NCBI GenBank assembly: GCA_965248925.1
Contig: CBDFLE010000006.1
Span: 4,672,001 to 4,736,000, forward strand
DNA from: Candidatus Multivoradales bacterium
Lineage (GTDB): Bacteria; Acidobacteriota; Thermoanaerobaculia; Multivoradales; J023
DNA: 64,000 bases
Direction of reading: 5' to 3'
The position numbers were made by a program, and so were the translations under genes. Each line of letters opens with the position of its first letter. Position 1 is the first letter of the stretch. Positions 30,731-38,656 of the stretch are shown piece by piece. Under the pieces are notes generated by a model. It saw only the letters and a program-made list of their open reading frames with translations, ran no database searches and was not told where the DNA came from.

Positions 30731-32461
30731 ATGAACTTGATCACGAATTACCCATCCAGGCGTGTGAACCCGGCGCTGCAGAGACGATTCTGGAGCTTTG
30801 CAAGAGGGTTGGCGAGTGGCCTGGTCTGCTCGGCCTTGCTTGCGGACTGTGTGGCCACCTCTAAGTGCCCGACGCCACTCCTCCGCTACCTTGGCGGTGA
30901 AGTCACGGCTGCTGAGTATCACAGCTGGCTAGAGCTTACCGAGGGCGAGGACGATGCCGACCGGCGGCAGCAGACACTGACCACTATCGCCGTTCAGGAG
31001 GCTCTGGCCGATGCGGCCCGCAAGCGCGGCGCGGCGGGGCAACCCCCTCTACGTTGGGCGCTACTCAACCTCGAGAGCCATCTCTTGGAGAGGGCTCTGC
31101 GGCTTGAAATGGCGAGTGAAATCAGCATCGACGAGCAGCAGATCGCCACTTGGTTGGAGCAGCATCGAGAGCGCATGGATCGGCCCCGGCGGGTGCGTCT
31201 AGAGAATATTTTCAAACAGGTCGACGACGCAGCAGACCTCAATGCCTCGCGCTTGGCGATGGCAGCGATTCGCCAACGGCTGCTCGCTGGTGAAGATTGG
31301 GCCGCGGTTGCATTGGCTGAGTCCGATTCTCAGACCAGATTTCGCCGTGGCAGCATCGGCTGGGTCAAGCCGGGTATTCTCGATCCGGCGATCGAAAGTG
31401 TGGCCTTCGCTCTCGCTTCAGGCGAGATCAGCGAAGTGATCGAAACCGAGGCCGGCTTGACTCTCCTACGCTGCGAGAGGGTCGAGGAAGAGCAGCGGCC
31501 TGACGTGCTGGAAAAGCGCCAGCGAGCGCAGCGCAATTTGCGTCGTCAACAGAGGCAAGAGCAGTGGCAAGCGCTGAAGTCAGAATTGCTGGCCTCGGTT
31601 AGTTTTGACCGCGAAAAGGCTCGGCTGCTCTCTACCCCCAAAGACTCGGTGATTGTTCGCGCCGAGGGTGGTTGGAGTCTGTCGCTGGCGGCGATCGAGG
31701 GGCTGCTGCGTTTTCGCGGAGTTCACCGTCCACTCGCTGATCTGCCTGAAGAGAGAGTTGGCGAGCTGCTCGAAACTCTCGCCACCCGGCTGCAAGCGGC
31801 CGACCGAGCTCGCTCTATGGGTCTGGACCAGGATCGGGAACTCCAAGCCAAACTACATTGGCAGAGGCTGCTGGCGCTGGCCGCCGACGAATTGGGACAC
31901 CGGGTCGAAGTGCGCTTCGAGTCTCTGAGCGAAGAGCAGATCCGGGCTTACTTCGAAGACCATCGCGAAGACTTCCAATGGCTCGAGAGCTTTCGCCTGG
32001 AGGCGATTTCGATGCGTGCGGAAGCGGCCGAATTGCGCCAGCGCTACGCCTTTGCCCAGCGCCTCGAGGGCGATTTGCGGGCGAGTCGGATCAGCTTTGC
32101 TGAGGCGGCTCGGCGCTATTCACAGCTGCCTTCGGCCAGTCGAGGTGGGGCGCTCGGGTGGCTCGATCGGCAGCAGGTGGCGGCCCTGGGGCCTTTTCTT
32201 TTCAAGAGCGTGACCAGGCTTGCAGCTGGCGAGCTTGGTCGGCTGGTGCAACAGCCCGACTCACTGCCTCGAGACGGTCATACCTTATGGCTGGTGCGGC
32301 TGTTGGAGAAACGCGCGGCCCGACCTATGAGTTTTGCCGAAGCGCGTCGGCACGCCGAGAATGCCCTGGGCAACGAGCAGACCCGAGAGATTCAGCGCCA
32401 GCTAGAAGAGGAGCTGGTCACGGAACTCGAACTCCGGTGGATTGGGGAGCCTTCGCCGTAG
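30731..32461 (+). CDS. Parvulin/PpiC-type peptidylprolyl isomerase (SurA/PrsA-like), two rotamase domains
   Basis: ESDSQTRFRRGSIGWV...AFALASGEISEVIET; FAEAARRYSQLPSASRGGALGWL; start uncertain. Confidence 0.78.
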   Translation: MNLITNYPSRRVNPALQRRFWSFARGLASGLVCSALLADCVATSKCPTPLLRYLGGEVTAAEYHSWLELTEGEDDADRRQQTLTTIAVQEALADAARKRGAAGQPPLRWALLNLESHLLERALRLEMASEISIDEQQIATWLEQHRERMDRPRRVRLENIFKQVDDAADLNASRLAMAAIRQRLLAGEDWAAVALAESDSQTRFRRGSIGWVKPGILDPAIESVAFALASGEISEVIETEAGLTLLRCERVEEEQRPDVLEKRQRAQRNLRRQQRQEQWQALKSELLASVSFDREKARLLSTPKDSVIVRAEGGWSLSLAAIEGLLRFRGVHRPLADLPEERVGELLETLATRLQAADRARSMGLDQDRELQAKLHWQRLLALAADELGHRVEVRFESLSEEQIRAYFEDHREDFQWLESFRLEAISMRAEAAELRQRYAFAQRLEGDLRASRISFAEAARRYSQLPSASRGGALGWLDRQQVAALGPFLFKSVTRLAAGELGRLVQQPDSLPRDGHTLWLVRLLEKRAARPMSFAEARRHAENALGNEQTREIQRQLEEELVTELELRWIGEPSP

Positions 32462-32500
32462 TTCGGTGGCGGCCGGTTGGCTGTTCTTTTCGAGCCAACG

Positions 32501-32528
32501 AAAAAGGCGCCCCCGCAGGGACGCCTTT
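32501..32528 (-). terminator. Rho-independent terminator of the 32552..33355 gene
   Basis: Minus strand AAAGGCGTCCC-TGCG-GGGGCGCCTTTTT. Confidence 0.75.
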
Positions 32529-32551
32529 AGATTCTGTCGTAGCAGATCGAA

Positions 32552-33355
32552 TCAGTCGATCGAGAAGCTCATCAGCTCCACCGGAACCAGGTTGCCGGAA
32601 GCGCGAAGCATCGCGTTGGCGACCGAGTTCGGGGTGTAGTTGCCGCCGCTTAAGTCTTCGACCGCCATGCCGTGGAAGCCTTGGCCAGCCACCGTGCCGG
32701 CGGAGTCGAAGCCGACACAATCGTTACCACATGGGGTGGTCCCAGCGGTCGAACCGGCGGGTGGATTCCACACCCCAGCCATGAAGTTGAGATCGGTGCC
32801 GGTGAGGGTGGTACCCAACGAAACCGTGTTGAACGAACCGGGCAGCAAGCCGGTAATATTCGCCGAGGTCAGGGCGGTGGCAACACCCCCGGTGTCGGGT
32901 GGGCCGAAGATGGTCATGAAGGCGTTGTTGGAAGCGGTGGTGCTGCTGTTGACGATGGCCATGAAAACAGTGAGTTGGGTGATAGTGACGGTGGCTTTGC
33001 CGCCGCCGATGGCGCCACCGCTGACCGAGTTGAAGTTGTTGCCAAAGGCGAAGTTGTCGCCGATGGCCGGGATGGCGCCAACGCTGCTGAAGACCCCTGT
33101 GTCATAGGTGATCGAGATGTTGGTGGTCCGTCGCGGCGCCTCGTGCTGGACACCGGTCTTCAAATCACCTTGGAAGCCGGGGCCAGCTTGGGCCGACTCG
33201 GCGTCTTTCATCGCCTGAACAGCCGCCTGGCGCTCAGCTTTGGACATCGAGGCGAACTTGGCTTGGGTAGTATTCCGGCCAACATTCTCCGCCGTTACCT
33301 GCAAGGCACCGGCGACGAGTAGGGTCAAGCTCAAACCAAAAGCGGTCTTACGCAT
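32552..33355 (-). CDS. Secreted Gly/Thr/Asn-rich protein with C-terminal VPVELMSFSID motif
   Basis: AGGAGA RBS, signal peptide, charged pro-like segment ending RRTT, beta-rich mature domain, own terminator. Confidence 0.8.
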   Translation of the reverse strand: MRKTAFGLSLTLLVAGALQVTAENVGRNTTQAKFASMSKAERQAAVQAMKDAESAQAGPGFQGDLKTGVQHEAPRRTTNISITYDTGVFSSVGAIPAIGDNFAFGNNFNSVSGGAIGGGKATVTITQLTVFMAIVNSSTTASNNAFMTIFGPPDTGGVATALTSANITGLLPGSFNTVSLGTTLTGTDLNFMAGVWNPPAGSTAGTTPCGNDCVGFDSAGTVAGQGFHGMAVEDLSGGNYTPNSVANAMLRASGNLVPVELMSFSID

Positions 33356-33568
33356 TGCTTCTCCTAGATTCTGCAGCGGCCAGTCGGCCCTGATTGGCTC
33401 AAACTAGGTGTTCCCAGCAGGAATCTAGCTCCGCCGATGGTTTCGCTCAAACATCTTGTGGGATTCGAAAACCATCGGAGGATAGCATGGAGTCAGTGTC
33501 CTAGGGACGATGGCACGGAGGTGATTTCAGCCGGGCCAATTCATCTGGGCGGCGTCACGGCGGCGATG

Positions 33569-33712
33569 TCACAAGTGCTGGTGTCACAAGTGGTGGTGTC
33601 ACAGTAGTGGTGGTGTCACAGTAGTGGTGGTGTCACAGTAGTGGTGGTGTCACAGTAGTGGTGGTGTCACAGTAGTGGTGGTGTCACAGTAGTGGTGGTG
33701 TCACAGTAGTGG
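33569..33712. repeat. 17-bp tandem repeat (6 full plus 1 partial copy) preceded by two 15-bp variants
   Basis: TCACAGTAGTGGTGGTG at 33599-33700 plus partial to 33712; TCACAAGTGSTGGTG x2 at 33569-33598. Confidence 0.97.
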
Positions 33713-35384
33713 CCAGGCGTTGTTCGACAATCACCAATCCAGCTCTGTCGAGTACCTCGTCGACCAACTGGCGGAAGACCTCGGGGCCGTGACGCTCGAG
33801 AAAAGCGGTGCGTATGGCCGCTTCGGCTTGCTCGAACGAGAGTGGCTCCGGCTCGCGTCGATCAACGACTTCGAAGATAGCGATTGCCCCCGCGCCGGTA
33901 GTGTAGGGCGGTGACACCTCACCCGTGCCCAGGCGACCGATGAACAGCGCCGCTTTAGGTTCGCGGCTGCTCAAGTGGTCGAGGTCTTGCCAGTCGAGTT
34001 CTTCCAGTTCGCCGCCGAGTCTCTCTTGCAGCGCCTGGAGGTCGAGTCGACCAGCTTCGATCTCAGCTCTTGCCGCCTCCAGCTCGGCCATTCTCTGGCT
34101 GGCCTCGGACCCGACCGACAGGGTCAAGCGGCGGAGGCGCACCTGCAGCGGTGAGTTGAAGCGCCGACGATTGTCGGCGTAGAAGGTCTGCAGGCGTTGT
34201 TGGAGGCCATCGAGCCTGCCGGCGATCAGTTGGTGCCGGTAGCGTGCGAGCAAGAGATCCTGAGCCCGCAGGTCGATCCCGGCCTGGGCTTCGGCGCTGA
34301 GCTCCTCTCCGGCTACGATTGCTGTCAGGTAAACCTGCTCTCGCTGCACCATGGCGTTGAGGACTCGCAAGGAAATGCCTTGGGGAGCTTGCAGCCGCTG
34401 ATTGGCTTGCAGCTGCCGCTGTTCCTGGGCGATCAGTCGGCGGAAGCGGCGTAGGCCGAGGTTGAGCTCGCCGATTCTCAGCACCACGGCCTGTGGGTCG
34501 TTGGCCCGCAGCAACGCTTCGAGTTCGTCGGTATCAGGTACAAAACTGTCCGGCGGCAGTTCCAACCGATCGATGATCGCCGCCACCGCGATTCGTCGCT
34601 GCTCTGCCAGGAGCTGTTGCCGCAAGCTCGATCGCACCTCGGCGAAGGACGCTTGACGGGCTGGGGCTATGGACTCGACAAGGAATAGATGAACGCCATC
34701 GGCGGCGACCAGCGGCTGGCTGGGAACTTTTTCTTCGAGACTGAAGATTGCGTTTTCGAAGGTGAGCGGTAGCTGGCCGCGGACGATACGGCCGATGAGT
34801 CCTTGTTGATGCCGCGATTCAGAATCGGAGACCTCGGCGGCCAGCAGGGCGATGTTCTCACCGCTGGTTATCCGCTGGCGTAATTGTTCGAGTTCGGCTA
34901 CCAAGTCTTCGCTGCTGGCCGCGGCGGTGCGGCGTTTAAAGATGTGGTAGACGGCTCGCGCTTCGGGTTGTGCAAAGCGCCGCGGGTTGTGGTCGAAAAT
35001 GGCTTGCAGGTCGGCCTCTGACGGCTCTGCCAGCGGCGGTAGCAAGCCCTCGATATGTTGCTTGGCCAGAGTCTGACGACTCAGACCGTCCATCTCACTG
35101 CGAAGTTCAGGGGCCTGATCGAGCCCCTGCTGTTTCGCTTCAGCGAGCAGCAGGCGGTTCAGGACCAGTTGGCGAATCAGCTGACGAAAAGGCTCTAGCT
35201 CGCCTGCTTGGTAGCTATTTCGCTGCTCCGTGGGCAGCGCGAGCACTGCCCGGTCGAGATCGGCGGCGGTCACTACTCCGCCCTGATAGGTCGCTACTGC
35301 ATCGCCATCCGGCGCTGGTAGCGGCGCCTCGGGGGTGCAAGCGAGGGCCAGGAAGACCCAGGGGCAGAGGAGTTTGAAGCTCAT
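33684..35384 (-). CDS. Parvulin/PpiC-type peptidylprolyl isomerase lipoprotein
   Basis: LALAC lipobox; VYHIFKR, SDSESRHQQGLIG, FENAIFSL...SQPL...GVHLF; LLLAEAKQQGLD SurA-N-like segment. Confidence 0.8.
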   Translation of the reverse strand: MSFKLLCPWVFLALACTPEAPLPAPDGDAVATYQGGVVTAADLDRAVLALPTEQRNSYQAGELEPFRQLIRQLVLNRLLLAEAKQQGLDQAPELRSEMDGLSRQTLAKQHIEGLLPPLAEPSEADLQAIFDHNPRRFAQPEARAVYHIFKRRTAAASSEDLVAELEQLRQRITSGENIALLAAEVSDSESRHQQGLIGRIVRGQLPLTFENAIFSLEEKVPSQPLVAADGVHLFLVESIAPARQASFAEVRSSLRQQLLAEQRRIAVAAIIDRLELPPDSFVPDTDELEALLRANDPQAVVLRIGELNLGLRRFRRLIAQEQRQLQANQRLQAPQGISLRVLNAMVQREQVYLTAIVAGEELSAEAQAGIDLRAQDLLLARYRHQLIAGRLDGLQQRLQTFYADNRRRFNSPLQVRLRRLTLSVGSEASQRMAELEAARAEIEAGRLDLQALQERLGGELEELDWQDLDHLSSREPKAALFIGRLGTGEVSPPYTTGAGAIAIFEVVDRREPEPLSFEQAEAAIRTAFLERHGPEVFRQLVDEVLDRAGLVIVEQRLATTVTPPLL

Positions 35385-37516
35385 TTCGCGGTCTCGAGGA
35401 GTGCGGCTGCAGCCAGCCCCTCCGGGCTGTCGGGCGCCGTGGTCTGGAACCCGGCCATGGCCGCCTGGGCTTGCTCTCTGTGGCCGAGGGCGAGGGCCGT
35501 GGCAACCGCCGCATATCGAGCCTGCGAGTAGCCTGGTTCGATTTCGACCGCTCGTTCAAAGTGTTCGAGAGCCTCCACCGAACGGCCTTGTTCGAGCAAC
35601 ATGGCGGCGAAGTTGAAATGGCCTCGGGCGTAGTAGGGCATCTCAGTGAGAGCCTGTCGAAAGAGGTCGCTAGCACCCTCGAAATCACCGCCCTGGGCCT
35701 GACGCACGGCGAGATCGACCCGCGCTGGCGCAAACCTTGGGGTGATCTCCAAGGCTTGCTGCAGTGCCTTCTGTTCCTGATCGGGTTGGTCAGTCGCGGC
35801 GTAGATGCTGGCCAGCATCCACTGACCCATGGCGCTCGGCGCAGTCTGTTGCTGGCTCTCGACCAGGGTCAAGGCACGCCCCGGATCTCCTTGTTTGAAG
35901 AGATGTGAAGCGATCAGCATCAGGGTAGCCTCGGTGGGCAGAGCTTGAGGGTTGAGTTCGCGCACTAGGTCGAGGGTGGCCAGGGCCTCTTCCACCTGGT
36001 CGAGACCGAGTTCGGCGCGGGCCCGCAGCTGGAGGTAGAACGCATTTTGCGGATGGCGCTCGAGCAGCACTTCGATCACCCGCTTGGCGGCTAGGGGACG
36101 CTGATCGAAGAGCAGTTGCTTAGCGCTGCTCAGCTCGTTGATATCGTCGACTTGGTCCTGGGGGGGCGTACCATCTTGGCGCAGTTGTTCATTGATCGTC
36201 GGCAGCTCGCCGAGTCGGCTGTGGATATAGCCCAACGCCTCGAGCCGGCGGCGGGTCTCCTCGTCCATCTCCGTCACCGCTGCTGCATCGCCGCGAGCGT
36301 GACGGTCCAAGAAGGATGCTAGCTGGCGTTCTAGCTCAAGCGCCAAGTCGCCCTGCTCGGCGATCAGATCGTGATGCTCGTGCGGATCCGCTTCCAGGTC
36401 GTAGAGTTCCGGCCGCGGGCCATGGATGTACTTGTGTTGGCGGCTGAACAGCACCCGCAGCTCGCCGAGATCGTGGGCGAATCGGGGCGCCAGGGTCTCG
36501 GCGTATTGGGGCCGGGGAAAGCCGGCCACCGAGCCGCCACGATGATCGATTAGCGGTCGCAAGCTCTGGCCTTGGAAGGCCTCTGGGGAGGTGATGCCGA
36601 GCAGATCTAGGACGGTCGGCGCGACATCGACGCTCGCCACTCGTTGCGGCACTACCACGCCGCCCGCTCGTCCCGGAATGCTCAAGATCAGCGGCACATG
36701 CAGGGTGGAGTTGTAGGCTAGGGTCGAGTGGGTGAGTTCGCCGTGTTCTCCCTGGCCTTCGCCGTGATCGGCGGTGAAGACGATCAGGGTGTGGTCGAGC
36801 ACTCCCAACTGGTTCAGATGATCGAGCAGCTCGCCGAAGGCCTCGTCGGCGTAGGCGATTTCGCCGTCATATGGATCGTCGACGAAGAGTTGATCATAGG
36901 GTGGGGGCGGCGAATAGGGCTGATGCGGATCGAAGTAGTGCGCCCAAGCGAAGAAGGGCTCTTGGTGATGCTGATCAAGCCACGGCAGTAGCGCGTCGTT
37001 GACCAACGAAGCTGGGCGTTCGTCGAAGTACAGTCCGGTCTTGAGCACTGCCCTTTGGCCGAGAAGGTTCTGGTAAGCGGCGGCGAAGTTGTCGTCGTAG
37101 AGTTCGAAACCCTGGTCGGCGCCGAAGCGGGCGGACAAAGGGAAGGCGCCCACTGCCGCGGCGGTGCGGTAGCCCACCGCGGCGAGAGTCTCGGCCAGAG
37201 TTTCATGGCTGTCGCTCAGGTGGAAAATGCCGTTGTCCCGCACCCCATGGGCCAGCGGGTAGAGGCCGGTCAAGAGGGTCGAATGGGAGGGAAGGGTTAC
37301 CGGCACGGCAGTGAAAGCTCGCTCGAAGCGAAAGCCCTCGGCCGCCAGGGCATCGAGGTTGGGGGTCGCGGCGCGCTCGCGGCCATAGCAGCCGATGCGG
37401 TCCGCCCGAGTGGTATCGAAGGTCACCAGCAGGAGGTTCCAACGGGGCGTGCGACTGCAAGACGTACACACCAGAGCGAGCACCGCGAGGGCGATGAATC
37501 GAAGTCCGCGAATCAT
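35381..37516 (-). CDS. Sulfatase-fold (alkaline phosphatase superfamily) hydrolase/transferase with C-terminal TPRs
   Basis: NLLLVTFDTTRAD, TPNLD, VTLPSHSTLLTG, HYFDPH, TADHGE, ELYDLEADP, RLEALGY; TPR tail. Confidence 0.88.
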   Translation of the reverse strand: MIRGLRFIALAVLALVCTSCSRTPRWNLLLVTFDTTRADRIGCYGRERAATPNLDALAAEGFRFERAFTAVPVTLPSHSTLLTGLYPLAHGVRDNGIFHLSDSHETLAETLAAVGYRTAAAVGAFPLSARFGADQGFELYDDNFAAAYQNLLGQRAVLKTGLYFDERPASLVNDALLPWLDQHHQEPFFAWAHYFDPHQPYSPPPPYDQLFVDDPYDGEIAYADEAFGELLDHLNQLGVLDHTLIVFTADHGEGQGEHGELTHSTLAYNSTLHVPLILSIPGRAGGVVVPQRVASVDVAPTVLDLLGITSPEAFQGQSLRPLIDHRGGSVAGFPRPQYAETLAPRFAHDLGELRVLFSRQHKYIHGPRPELYDLEADPHEHHDLIAEQGDLALELERQLASFLDRHARGDAAAVTEMDEETRRRLEALGYIHSRLGELPTINEQLRQDGTPPQDQVDDINELSSAKQLLFDQRPLAAKRVIEVLLERHPQNAFYLQLRARAELGLDQVEEALATLDLVRELNPQALPTEATLMLIASHLFKQGDPGRALTLVESQQQTAPSAMGQWMLASIYAATDQPDQEQKALQQALEITPRFAPARVDLAVRQAQGGDFEGASDLFRQALTEMPYYARGHFNFAAMLLEQGRSVEALEHFERAVEIEPGYSQARYAAVATALALGHREQAQAAMAGFQTTAPDSPEGLAAAALLETAK

Positions 37517-37582
37517 TGTTGTTCTAGGTCGGTGGGACCAGGCGAGCCGCGCGATCCGGCGCGCGACTCATCGCTCAGCCGC

Positions 37583-38578
37583 TCAGTCCCAGTCCAGCGA
37601 GGCGCCAATCTGGTATTCGGTGACCCGAGTCTCGAAGAAGTTCTTCTCCTTCGCCAAGTCGGTCGATTGCGACATCCAGGGGAAGGGGTTCTGCTTGTTG
37701 TAGCGCTTGTCGAGGCCCAGGCGGTTGAGGCGGCGGTCGGCGATGTGTTCGACGTATTCAGCGAATTGGTCAGCATTGATTCCCAGCAGGCCCTCGGGGC
37801 AGGCGTCGTAGGCGTAGGCTTGCTCGAGTTCGACGGCGCGGTCGACCAGCAGGATGATCTCATTCTTGAAATCCTCGGTCCAGGCTTCCGGGAACTCGGT
37901 CTTGATAGTGTTGATCAAGTCGCAGCCGAAGGCCAGGTGGATCGACTCGTCGCGCATGATGTACTCGAATTGCTCGCCGATGCCGATCATCTTGTTCTGC
38001 CGCTTGAGCGCTAGCATCATGGCGAATCCGGCGTAGAAGAAAATCCCCTCCATGATGACATAGAAGCCCACCAGGTCGCGCAGGAAGCGCTGCACATTCT
38101 CGGTGCCTTCGGTGGTGAAGGTCGGATCGAGCACCGATTGGGTGAGGCTGACAACGAAATCATCCTTGGCCTTGATCGACGGGATGGTCTCGTACATGTT
38201 GAAGATCTCGTCCGGATCGAGGCCCAAGGTGTCGCAGCAGTAGATGAAGGTGTCGGTGTGCACCGCCTCTTCGTAGCCCTGGCGCAGCAGATATTGGCGC
38301 GCTTCCGGGTTGGTGACGTGGTTGTAGACCGCCAGAACGATGTTGTTGGCGGTCAGCGATTCGGCGGTGGAGAAGAAACCCAGGTTCCACAAGATCAGCC
38401 GCCGTTCGCTGCTCGACAGCACGCGATCGGACTTCCACTGCTCGACATCCTTCTGCATCGAGATCTCTTCCGGTGTCCAGTTGTTGTTGACCCCGTTCTT
38501 GTAATGCTCGCGCGCCCACATGTAGCGCATCGGCAGGATCTTATTGGGGTCGGTCTTACGATTGTTGATGATCGGCAC
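37583..38578 (-). CDS. nrdB: Ribonucleotide reductase beta subunit, class Ic-type
   Basis: WTPEEISM, FFSTAES, EEAVHTDTF, EGIFFY, RDESIH, FFETRVTEY. Confidence 0.95.
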   Translation of the reverse strand: MPIINNRKTDPNKILPMRYMWAREHYKNGVNNNWTPEEISMQKDVEQWKSDRVLSSSERRLILWNLGFFSTAESLTANNIVLAVYNHVTNPEARQYLLRQGYEEAVHTDTFIYCCDTLGLDPDEIFNMYETIPSIKAKDDFVVSLTQSVLDPTFTTEGTENVQRFLRDLVGFYVIMEGIFFYAGFAMMLALKRQNKMIGIGEQFEYIMRDESIHLAFGCDLINTIKTEFPEAWTEDFKNEIILLVDRAVELEQAYAYDACPEGLLGINADQFAEYVEHIADRRLNRLGLDKRYNKQNPFPWMSQSTDLAKEKNFFETRVTEYQIGASLDWD

Positions 38579-38656
38579 GGGAACTCTCCTGGGGGAGCTG
38601 GGGGGCTCGTGGCGCGGGCGCGGTGACGACCGCGCCCCTGGGTTACTAGAAAGTAC

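Noticed and set aside
33569-33712. Possible CRISPR array
   Set aside because: Units are contiguous with no unique spacers, only 17 bp long, and no cas genes are present
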